NCBI GenBank assembly: GCA_963799335.1
Contig: CAWCWR010000001.1
Span: 436,414-500,413 of the forward strand
Length of the DNA stretch: 64,000 bases
Direction of reading: 5' to 3'
Source of the DNA: an uncultured Phycisphaeraceae bacterium
GTDB taxonomy: Bacteria; Planctomycetota; Phycisphaerae; Phycisphaerales; Phycisphaeraceae
The notes under the pieces were generated by a model, which was given only the letters and a program-made list of their open reading frames with translations, made no database searches and was not told the DNA's origin. Shown in pieces: positions 33,703 through 42,193 of this stretch. Positions within the stretch are counted from its first letter, which is position 1. The number at the start of each line of letters is the position of its first letter. The translations under genes and the position numbers were made by a program.

Positions 33703-34419
33703 TCAGGCGAATGCCTTGGGAGCGGCCGTTATCGCCGACGGCGACGGCGGGGCCGACATGGCCGTGACGTACGCCCGGCCCCGGGCCTCCAGCGAGGCGG
33801 CGATCTGGTTCCACCGGCCGCGGACTTCCTGCTCCGCCCGCTCGGCGGTGGCGTGCCCGGTCGCCGCCTCGGGATCGGACTCCGCCCGGCGGAGCAGGCT
33901 CCGCAGCGGCAGTTTTCGCACCTGCCCAAAGACCTGTCGGCCCGCCTCGACCAGCGGTTCGTCAGCCTGTTTCACCAGCCGGCGGATCGTCGCCGCCGCC
34001 CGTTGCGCCGCCGCCGGATCGTCCAGGTCGCCCCGCCGCAGGGCCACGTCGATCAGGTACGCCCGGGACCAATGCTCCGCGAGCTTGTTGGCCACCGCCC
34101 GCACCGTCAAAAAGATCAGCACCTTCTTGAACAGCTTCAGCGGCAGCTTGATCACGAACCACACCGGCGTCAGCAGGCAGCCCCGCAGCCGCTGGCTCCA
34201 GGACCGCGAAGGATAGAACGCCGCCGCGACCGCCGGCTCCAGCGCCCGGCCGTGGGTGTCGGCCACCGCCGCGGGCACCCGCCGCGCCAGCAGGCTCTCC
34301 ACCACGTCATCGACCAGGGGCAGCGGGATGATCGGCGTGAGGCCCGCCAGCGTCGCACTGGCGTAACGACGCCAGTCAAACTCGGCGGGCGGCACGGGGG
34401 TGGGGTCGCTTACTTCCAT
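33703..34419 (-). CDS. Hypothetical protein (amphipathic/transmembrane segment; no family recognised)
   Basis: Clean 238-aa ORF, co-oriented with the GIY-YIG gene and 18 bp upstream of it. Hydrophobic LTPVWFVIKLPLKLFKKVLIFLTV segment. Confidence 0.5.
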   Translation of the reverse strand: MEVSDPTPVPPAEFDWRRYASATLAGLTPIIPLPLVDDVVESLLARRVPAAVADTHGRALEPAVAAAFYPSRSWSQRLRGCLLTPVWFVIKLPLKLFKKVLIFLTVRAVANKLAEHWSRAYLIDVALRRGDLDDPAAAQRAAATIRRLVKQADEPLVEAGRQVFGQVRKLPLRSLLRRAESDPEAATGHATAERAEQEVRGRWNQIAASLEARGRAYVTAMSAPPSPSAITAAPKAFA

Positions 34420-34610
34420 GAGTCAAGCATAAACGGTCCGCCTCTCGGAGTATTAAACCGGGCAGTGATTGCTACGACGACGGCGGACAGCGGGCGGGAC
34501 TTCGGGTTGCGCCCGACCACCGGCGGTAAGCCCCTTGCGGTTTAATTCATCACTCCGCTGACCCCCCGACCTCGATCCCACCCCGCGTGCGCGGAGGTAC
34601 CATTGGCCCC

Positions 34611-35024
34611 ATGCATCAGGAGGACCTGGACATCTCGACCCGCGGCCAGGGCACGACCGAGATCACCTCACCGGTCCGCGAGGTGCTGCGCGTATCGGGT
34701 TTGACCCGCGGATTGGTGCACGTCTTTTGTCAGCACACGTCCTGCTCGCTGGTGCTGATGGAAAACGCGGACCCGTCGGCGCGGCAGGATTTAGAGGCTT
34801 ATCTAGAGCGGTTGGTGCCGGAGGACGAGCCGTATTTCACGCACACCGCGGAGGGGGCCGACGACATGCCGTCGCACATCAAGATGGCGCTGACGCGCAG
34901 CAGCGAGACGATCCCGTTTGCCGAGGGTCGGCTGCGGCTGGGCACGTGGCAGGGGTTGTTCTTGTGGGAACACCGCACGGCTCCGCACACCCGCCGACTG
35001 GTGGTCACGGTCACGGGGGGGTGA
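34611..35024 (+). CDS. yjbQ: YjbQ/UPF0047 family protein (secondary thiamine-phosphate synthase-like)
   Basis: VHVFCQHTSCSL...HIKMALTRSSETIPFAEGRLRLGTWQGLFLWEHR. Confidence 0.85.
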   Translation: MHQEDLDISTRGQGTTEITSPVREVLRVSGLTRGLVHVFCQHTSCSLVLMENADPSARQDLEAYLERLVPEDEPYFTHTAEGADDMPSHIKMALTRSSETIPFAEGRLRLGTWQGLFLWEHRTAPHTRRLVVTVTGG

Positions 35025-35053
35025 CGAGGGGGTGAGGGGGTGGGGGGGGGCGA

Positions 35054-35941
35054 TCAATCGGCGGCGGGGGGCAGCCAACCCAGTGACACCAGGAAGTCGT
35101 CCATCGCTTGCACGGTGGCGTGGTGCATTTCCATCGACTCGGGTCGGGGATTGAAAAAGCCGTGGGGCTGATCGGGGTAGAGGATCAGGTCGCTGCGGAC
35201 GCCGAGGGCGGTCATCTCGTCGCGGACTTTCTCGGCGGTTTCGACGGGGATGAGTTTGTCCTTCGTGCCCAGCAGGACCAGGGTGGGCGGCATCTCGGCG
35301 TGGAGGTTGTGAACGGGGGAGAACTCGCGCCACCGGTCGCCGAGTCGGTTCTGGCCGTAGCCTTCGGGCGAGTTGTCGTAGACGGGATTGAACAGCACCA
35401 GCGCGTCGGGACGCTGGCTGATGTCCGCCAGCGTGTCGGAGGCGGGGGGTTGGTCGTCGATCCAGTCGGCGGTCAGGGTCGCCAGTGCCATCGCCAGGTG
35501 CCCGCCCGCCGAGCCGCCGCCGGCCCCCAATCGATCGGGGTCGATGCCGTAGGCCGGGGCGTGGGCGCGGGCGTACCGCATCGCGGCGACCGCGTCTTTG
35601 ACGCATTCAAACGGCGTGGTGCCGTGGCCGTTTTTCGTGCGGTAGTCCGCGGTGATGCCGACGATCCCGCGGTCCGCGAGGTGCTGCGCCTGGCTTTTAA
35701 GATGGTTACGGTTGCCGCCCATCCATCCGCCGCCGAAGAAAAACAAGACCGCGGGCGCGTGGGCTTCGGGCGTGTGATCCGCCGGGAAGAAGTATTCGAG
35801 ATGCAGCTCGGCCTGCGGGGTGGTCTTGTAAACCACCAACGTCGCCGGCAACACCTCGACAGATTCCCCCCGCGCGGAACCGCAGGCCAACAACGGTAAC
35901 GCGATGAGGAGTGACCGCCATGGCCAAGCAAGCATGTTCAT
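35054..35941 (-). CDS. Secreted alpha/beta-hydrolase (esterase/lipase, BD-FAE-like)
   Basis: Signal peptide, oxyanion FFFGGGW, nucleophile elbow GGGSAGGHLA, and a catalytic His near the C-terminus. Confidence 0.8.
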   Translation of the reverse strand: MNMLAWPWRSLLIALPLLACGSARGESVEVLPATLVVYKTTPQAELHLEYFFPADHTPEAHAPAVLFFFGGGWMGGNRNHLKSQAQHLADRGIVGITADYRTKNGHGTTPFECVKDAVAAMRYARAHAPAYGIDPDRLGAGGGSAGGHLAMALATLTADWIDDQPPASDTLADISQRPDALVLFNPVYDNSPEGYGQNRLGDRWREFSPVHNLHAEMPPTLVLLGTKDKLIPVETAEKVRDEMTALGVRSDLILYPDQPHGFFNPRPESMEMHHATVQAMDDFLVSLGWLPPAAD

Positions 35942-35989
35942 GATCGTTCTCGGTGATTTTGGTTAATTAAATTGATTGCGTCAATGCCC

Positions 35990-37103
35990 CGCCGAAGACC
36001 CGAAACTTACAAGGCGTCGATCACCATCTGGCCGATGTCGGTGGTCGAATATCCCGAGCGGTCCAGGGACTTGCCGGCAAACTTCGGGGTCACCGCCTGT
36101 ACCGCCTGGCCGATCTTTTGCCCCGCCTGCACCGCGGCGGCGTGGCCCTTGATCCGGCCGACCTCGCGCAGCAGCAATCCCATCGAATCGATGGCGGCGA
36201 TGGGGTTGGCCTTGTTCTGACCGGCGATGTCGGGGCGCTGCCGTGCACCGGCTCGAACATGCTCGGGGCCTTCCCCGTCGGATCGAGATTGCCCGAACTG
36301 GCGATGCCCATGCCCCCCGCGATCGCCGCGCCCAGGTCGGTGATGATGTCGCCAAACATATTGGGCACCACGATCACGTCGTAGATCTCCGGGCTGCTGA
36401 CCATGTACATGCAGCACGCATCGACGTGGTGGTAATGCGTTTCGATCTCGGGAAACTCCTCCGCCACCTCGTGGAACGTCCTCAGCCAGGTCTCGCCGGC
36501 GAAGTTGAGCACGTTGGTTTTGTGCACCAGCGTGAGGTGGCCGGCGTAGCCCTGATTTTTGCGATTCTTGGCGGTGTCAAAGGCGTAACGGACGCAGCGC
36601 TCCACGCCGTGGCGGGTGGCGACCATGGTCTGGTTGGCGACCTCGTGGGGCGTGCCCTTGCGCATGATCCCGCCCAGGCCGCAGTAGAGGTCTTCGGTGT
36701 TTTCGCGGACGCAGACGAAGTCGATGTCGTCGGCGGTCTTGTTTTTCAGCGGCGTGTCGATGCCGGGGTACAGCTTCACGGGACGCAGGTTGATGTACTG
36801 ATCCAGGTCGAAACGCAGCTTCAGCAGGATGCCCTTTTCGATCACGCCGCCCGCGAGGCGGGGGTCATTGGGTTGGCCGCCCACGGCCCCGAGCATGATC
36901 GCGTCGAAGCCGCGGAGCGTGGCGATGTCCTCGTCGGTCAGCACGTGGCCGGTGTCGAGGTAGTGGGCCGCGGAAAAGGGGAAGTCCGTCCGGGCCACGT
37001 CGAGCTTGACACTGGGGGCCACGGCATCGAGGACATCGAAAGCCTGCTCGACGACTTCGGGCCCGATGCCGTCGCCGGCGAGGTTGGCTAATCTAAGGGT
37101 CAT
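35990..37103 (-). CDS. 3-isopropylmalate/tartrate dehydrogenase family enzyme, C-terminal frameshift near 36240
   Basis: GDGIGPEV...VRENTEDLY...NLDPTGKAPSMFEPVHGSAP, then the frame is lost. The correct C-terminus (DIAGQNKANPIAAIDSMGLLLREVG...) lies in track ORF 36007-36417. Confidence 0.8.
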
Positions 37104-37295
37104 GGCAAAAGCTCCGGGAAACGAGACGCGGGAGAGAAAGGGGGGGGCGGGCGAAACATCTTACGCCAAAGGACCGCCGCTGCCGTGCCCGGAGCGCGGG
37201 CATGACCTGCACGGGGCGAGGGTGGTGGGAGGGGGGGAAGGGGGTGGAACCGACCCGAACGACGGCCGTTGGCTATTGTTGTTCCGCTGTGGATC

Positions 37296-37545
37296 GTTAA
37301 GTCGACCACGGAGGCTAGGAGACACGGAGTCACGGGAGAAAGGCAAAAGGCCTTTGACAGGATGACAGGAAGAAAGGCAGGATCGACAGGATTCGGAAAA
37401 AGACATTGATACTGATCTAAGACGATGAAGGCAGGTAACGAAAGTCAGCATCAGATGTATTCCGAACCCTGTTGATCCGGTTTCCATCCTGTCATCCTGT
37501 CAAATTTGCCTTGCCTGCCTTGCTCCGTGTTTCCTACCCCCCGTG
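37296..37545. repeat. MITE-like element copy A (about 245 bp, roughly 27-bp imperfect terminal inverted repeats beginning cgaccacggagg)
   Basis: About 95% identical to the reverse complement of 39465-39718. The ends read gtcgaccacggaggctaggagacacggag ... ctccgtgtttcctaccccccgtggtcgcctcgc. Confidence 0.85.
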
Positions 37546-37590
37546 GTCGCCTCGCTTGCCTTCTCCCCACGAACCCGCGCAAATAGCGAA

Positions 37591-38250
37591 TCACGACGCC
37601 GGGCCGTCGACTTGGCCGCTGGTGGCGGGGCGGAGGGCTTCGTCGAAGGTTTTGAGTTGGATCAGCAGCTGGTCCATCGCGGTGCGGAGGTCGGCGGCGG
37701 ATTGGCGGGCCTGTTCGAAGACCGGGACCATTTTATTCACCGCCGGGGTGGTGGTGTCGTTGGCGAGGTAGGTGCGGATGTCGTCGAGGTGTTGGAGGAA
37801 CGGGCTGTAGGCGTTCTGCAAATTTTGGAACGCGGGGTCCAGGGCGTTGAAGTCTTCGCGGACCGCGACGAGGCGTTCCTGGGCAGCGCGGCGGAGGTTC
37901 TGGTTTTCCATTTCGAGGATGTCGCCGTACCAGTGTTCCTGGTATTTGGCGAACTGGCGTTTGGTCGCGGCGCGCTGCTCGGCGACGTCGTCGGCGCTTT
38001 CATTCATTCGGCGGATTTGTTTGGTCAGGTCCTTGAAATCGCCCGCCAGGTTGGTGCCGGACTGGGGCAACCGCTCAAGGGCGGTGAGGGTGGTGCCGAC
38101 TTGATTTTTGCTGGTCTGGACCGCGGTGCCCAGGCGGTCGGCAGATTCGAGGGTGTTGCGGGCGCCGTCGTGCTTGTCATAGGCCGTGGAGGCGCAGCCG
38201 GTGAGGGTAAGAAAACCAACGACGATCAGTAGGGGAAAAATCGATTTCAT
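37591..38250 (-). CDS. Lipoprotein (DUF2959-like)
   Basis: Lipobox LTLTGC. Helical, Q/A-rich. Confidence 0.7.
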   Translation of the reverse strand: MKSIFPLLIVVGFLTLTGCASTAYDKHDGARNTLESADRLGTAVQTSKNQVGTTLTALERLPQSGTNLAGDFKDLTKQIRRMNESADDVAEQRAATKRQFAKYQEHWYGDILEMENQNLRRAAQERLVAVREDFNALDPAFQNLQNAYSPFLQHLDDIRTYLANDTTTPAVNKMVPVFEQARQSAADLRTAMDQLLIQLKTFDEALRPATSGQVDGPAS

Positions 38251-38426
38251 GATGGAGTCTTTCGGACAGAACCGCGTGGCGTCATGAGGCAGGCGGAGCG
38301 GAGCGGAGCGGGGTGCAGGGTGCGGGGTACGGGGTTCGGGGTCAAGTCATCAAGCAGGAAGCGGGGGCGAAACCGGAGCAGGGGGGGGGGCGGACCCGCG
38401 GGGGGGGCGGGGGCTAAACTACGGCC

Positions 38427-38972
38427 ATGAATGATAGCGCTACGGAACTAAACCTCGCCACCACGGGCATCGTGATCGTTGACCACGGCTCGCGGCGGGC
38501 GGCAAGCAACGAGATGTTGGAAGTGTTCGTGCGGCAGTTCGCCCCCGACAGCGGGTACGACATCGTCGAGCCGGCGCACATGGAGCTGGCCGAGCCGTCG
38601 ATCGAGACGGCGTTCGACAAGTGTGTTGAGCGGGGGGCGACGAAGGTCGCGGTGGTGCCGTATTTTTTGTCGCCGGGCAAGCACTGGCACCAGGACATCC
38701 CCAACATCACGCGAGAGGCGGCGCTGCGGCACCCGGGCGTCGAGTTTGTGGTCACCGCCCCGATCGGGCTCAATCCGATGATGAAGCAGGTGATCGCGAC
38801 GAGCGTGGGCTACTGCCTGGATCAGATCCAAGGCAAGGTCGCGGAGTGCGCCAGCTGCGCGGGGACCGGTCGGTGCAGCCTGAAGACGGCGGAAGAAGCT
38901 GAGGTCGTGGAGTTCAAGGGCGGCGGTGGGGGTGGGCATAGCCACGGCCACGGGCATGGCCACGCGCATTGA
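38427..38972 (+). CDS. cbiX: Sirohydrochlorin chelatase CbiX (short form) with His-rich tail
   Basis: IVIVDHGSRR...VAVVPYFLSPGKHWHQDIP, and a C-terminal GGGGGGHSHGHGHGHAH tail. Confidence 0.8.
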   Translation: MNDSATELNLATTGIVIVDHGSRRAASNEMLEVFVRQFAPDSGYDIVEPAHMELAEPSIETAFDKCVERGATKVAVVPYFLSPGKHWHQDIPNITREAALRHPGVEFVVTAPIGLNPMMKQVIATSVGYCLDQIQGKVAECASCAGTGRCSLKTAEEAEVVEFKGGGGGGHSHGHGHGHAH

Positions 38973-39037
38973 TAGAAGGGGTGGGAGCTAACGTTATAGA
39001 TAGAGGGCGAGGCGGGGAGGGCAAGGTTTCGCCGCGG

Positions 39038-39433
39038 TCACCGCCAAGGCGGGGCGTCGTCGTCTTCATCTTCCTCCTCATCAAGCTCGTCCTCCGGCGT
39101 CCAGCCCGTCGGCGGGTCGTCTTCATCCTCCGGCCCGGTTTGGGGGGACTCGGCGTCGGCGTCATCATCGTCGTCGGCGGGTTCGGCGGTGACGCGGCGG
39201 GCGGATTCGGACCAGATGTCCAGGGGCTCGGTGGCGGGTTCGGGTTGCCGGGTGTCGTTGAGCCGTGCCCGGCGGCGGGCGAGTCGTCGCGCGATCGCGA
39301 TGCAGAACACCACCAGCGCCAGCGCGAGAAACACCGCCCCGACAAAGGCGAGCGTGCCGAAGCCATTGCGCAAGCTACGCAGCTGCGCATCGGAGTAGGA
39401 GGTGGCCAGCAGGAGGGGGAGCGGCAAAAGCAC
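39038..39433 (-). CDS. Hypothetical small membrane protein with acidic C-terminal tail
   Basis: One transmembrane helix, then a D/E-rich tail. No family recognised. Confidence 0.45.
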   Translation of the reverse strand: MLLPLPLLLATSYSDAQLRSLRNGFGTLAFVGAVFLALALVVFCIAIARRLARRRARLNDTRQPEPATEPLDIWSESARRVTAEPADDDDDADAESPQTGPEDEDDPPTGWTPEDELDEEEDEDDDAPPWR

Positions 39434-39464
39434 GGGATTAGTTTACTTTGCGGGGGGGCAGCGG

Positions 39465-39718
39465 AGGCGATCACGGAGGGTAGGAAACACGGAGCAAGGC
39501 AGGCAAGGCAAATTTGACAGGATGACAGGATGGAAACCGGATCAACAGGGTTCGGAATACATCTGATGCTGACTTTCGTTACCTGCCTTCATCGTCTTAG
39601 ATCAGTATCAATGTCTTTTTCCGAATCCTGTCGATCCTGCCGTTTTATCCTGTGCATCCTGTCAAAGGCCTTTTGCCTTTCTCCGTGACTCCGTGTCTCT
39701 TACTCTCCGTGGTCGCTT
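39465..39718. repeat. MITE-like element copy B (inverted relative to copy A)
   Basis: Reverse-complement match to 37296-37545, with a small indel near ccgttttatcctgtgcatcctgtc. Confidence 0.85.
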
Positions 39719-39750
39719 CGATACGGATCGGTCGCGGGGAGCAGCGGAGA

Positions 39751-40614
39751 TCAAACGTTTGCCGGTTTGGGGCCGCGGTAGGTGCAGGCGGTCTTGGTGG
39801 TTTCCCAGACGGTGAGTTCGTCCAGGTGGCTGCCGGGCAGGGCCTCCGCCAGCGGGTCGGCCAGCATGTCCCAGGCGACGGCGGCGATGTGTTCGACCGA
39901 CGGGTTGTGGTCGGCAAATCGGGGGACATCGACGTTGAGGTGCTTGTGGTCCAGGGGGTCGATCAGGGCGCGATCGACCACGGCATCGAGGGCGGACACG
40001 TCGGTGGTGTGGCCGGCGGGGTCGATCGGGCAGCGGGCGACGACCTGGACGCGGTAGTTGTGGCCGTGGCCCGCGGGGTTGTTGCACTTGCCGAAGGTCA
40101 GGCGGTTCTGCTCGTCGCTGTGGCCCGGGACGTGGAGGCGGTGGGCGGCGGAGAATTCGTAATGTTGTTTGATCAGGACGTGTTGGGGCATGGGGAGAGG
40201 TGGGTTTGGGGGGAGGCCGTCGGCCGAGGGGTCGGAAGCGCGTTGGACGGCATAACTGAGGTAGGGCGTGAGCTGCAGCGTGAGGCAAGTCACCCGGTGC
40301 TTGAGGGGGGGCTGGAGGTCCGCCAGCAGGTCGCGGAGCAGTTGACCCAGGGGCACGTCCGCGGCGTCGGCTTCGTCGGCAATCGCGGCACGCAGGCGGC
40401 GCAGGGCGTGGTCGCGGACGGCGGTGTCGATGTGCTTGATATTGATGAAGTAGCCGGTGTCGGGGTCGGCCTCGCCCCGGCAGGTCACGTGCAACTCGTA
40501 GTACCGCGCCAGGCCCCGGGGCGGGGGCCAGGCAGAAAAAGTGTTGTCACGTGGCGTCGGCTCGTCCGCCGAACCGTTGAGGCAAAAGCGGACGGTGCGG
40601 GTCAGATCGAGCAT
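39751..40614 (-). CDS. 6-pyruvoyl-tetrahydropterin synthase family protein, two tandem domains (QueD/PTPS-like)
   Basis: Two PTPS-like halves, with CNNPAGHGHNYRV and EFSAAHRL motifs. Confidence 0.8.
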   Translation of the reverse strand: MLDLTRTVRFCLNGSADEPTPRDNTFSAWPPPRGLARYYELHVTCRGEADPDTGYFINIKHIDTAVRDHALRRLRAAIADEADAADVPLGQLLRDLLADLQPPLKHRVTCLTLQLTPYLSYAVQRASDPSADGLPPNPPLPMPQHVLIKQHYEFSAAHRLHVPGHSDEQNRLTFGKCNNPAGHGHNYRVQVVARCPIDPAGHTTDVSALDAVVDRALIDPLDHKHLNVDVPRFADHNPSVEHIAAVAWDMLADPLAEALPGSHLDELTVWETTKTACTYRGPKPANV

Positions 40615-40620
40615 GGCGGG

Positions 40621-40670
40621 CAGGGGTCGGGTTCAGGGTTCAGGGGTCAGGGATCAGGGATCAGGGATTT
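40621..40670. repeat. Tandem heptamer array (TCAGGGR)x6, G-quadruplex-capable
   Basis: caggggtcagggttcaggggtcagggatcagggatcaggga, read directly. It is an inverted partner of the array at 40801-40860. Confidence 0.8.
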
Positions 40671-40800
40671 TAGATTGGCGTGGGGCGGCACGAGAGTTTA
40701 GGCGTCGAGCGGATTGACAGAGACAGATTGTCTCTTGGCGGGATGCCGGCCTTGCTAAAACCTTCGCCACGTTTCACCCGGCCCGAGTACCAGGCGAAAT

Positions 40801-40860
40801 CTAACTAACCCCTGCCCCCTGTCCCCTGTCCCCTGTCCCCTGTCCCCTGTCCCCTGCACC
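40801..40860. repeat. Tandem heptamer array (TCCCCTG)x7
   Basis: cccctgccccctgtcccctgtcccctgtcccctgtcccctgtcccctgcaccctg, read directly. Confidence 0.8.
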
Positions 40861-40905
40861 CTGACAACTGACCCCCGACCCCTGCCCGCGCCTTACACTG
40901 GCGCG

Positions 40906-41933
40906 ATGAAGAAGATGCTTCTGATCCTGGCGGCGGGGGTGGCGGTGGGTTTGCTGGGTTGGGGGGTCTATTCCGCGACGCGGCCGGGGTCGGTGCTGAT
41001 CAGTGAGGCGGAGGCGGCGGAGCGGTTGGAGCTGCTGGGCGAGCGGTTCAGCGCGGCGATCGAGAACAAGCGGGACGTGTCGCCGTTGCTGCCGGAGGTT
41101 AAATCCATCGTCGCCCAGCGGCCGCGGCTTCGGGCGGGGCGGACGCTGCTGGGGCAGATTTACGCCCGGCAGGAGCAAACCGATCGGGCCTACGCGGAGT
41201 TCGCCGCGGCGCTGGAACTGGGCCCGGACGATGCGCAGCTGCAGAACTTGGCGGGGACCGCGGCGCAGCTGATCGGCGAGGCGGGGTTGGCCGAGACCCA
41301 CCACCGGCTGGCGGTGAAGGCGGCCCCGCAAGAGCCGGCGTTGCTGCTGCCGTTGGCGGACGTGCTGATCGAGGCCCAGCGGTGGAACGAGGCGCGGGAC
41401 GTGCTGCTCACCGCCCTGGAAATGGAGATGACGATGCACGCGGCCCACGCGGCGCTGTCGGATGTCTTTGCCGGGCGGGCGCTGGCGTCGGACGACGCGG
41501 AAGCGCGGGGCGACGACCTGGTGCGGGCGATCGATCAGATGGAGCGGGCGCGGCGCAGGTGCGCAACGACCCCAAGGGCCGTGAGCAGGAGGTGGTGTAC
41601 GTGCAAAAGCTGGCGCGGCTGTACGCGCAGCGGGACGAGCCGATGGAGGCGGTGCGGGTGTTGGACGATTTGATGCCCGAGGAGGGCCGGCTGCGGCCCG
41701 AGGTGCTGGAGGCGATGGCGGGGTACCTGGAAGCCAACGGCCAGGTCGCGCTGGCGGGGTTGCAGTACGAGATGGCGGCCGACGATCGGCCGGGCGAGGC
41801 GTACTACCCCGCGCAGGCGGCGCGGTGGTACGCCAAGGCCGGCAACCGCGACCGCGCGGCCGCTATGGTCGAGCGGGTCCGGCTCGTCGCGCCGCGGCAC
41901 CCGGTGGTGGCGTGGTGGGATACCACTCGGTGA
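40906..41933 (+). CDS. TPR-repeat protein with N-terminal signal/transmembrane segment, frameshift near 41560
   Basis: MKKMLLILAAGVAVGLL, then TPR-like A/L-rich repeats. The C-terminal half continues in track ORF 41382-41933. Confidence 0.65.
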
Positions 41934-41942
41934 TGGTGGATA

Positions 41943-42168
41943 GGCAAGTTTGGAACCGCGGATGGACGCGGATCAACGCGGATAAAGACAAGCTCAAAAT
42001 CCAGATACTTAAGTTCAACTACAGTTGGTAGACATCTAAAATCGCCAAAATAGCACTTTTAATTATATATATCGCGCTCAGTGAACATAAAGATGAGACA
42101 ACCACCCGGTCTCAATATCCGCGTCCATCCGCGTCCATCCGCGTCCATCCGCGGTTCCAAACTTGCCT
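41943..42168. repeat. AT-rich 225-bp intergenic element bounded by 27-bp inverted repeats (caagtttggaaccgcggatggacgcgg / ccgcgtccatccgcggttccaaacttg) and holding (TCCATCCGCG)x3
   Basis: Read directly. It lies between the convergent TPR and hldE genes. Confidence 0.6.
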
Positions 42169-42193
42169 TTTTGTTTCTTGGAAATTCGGAAGT

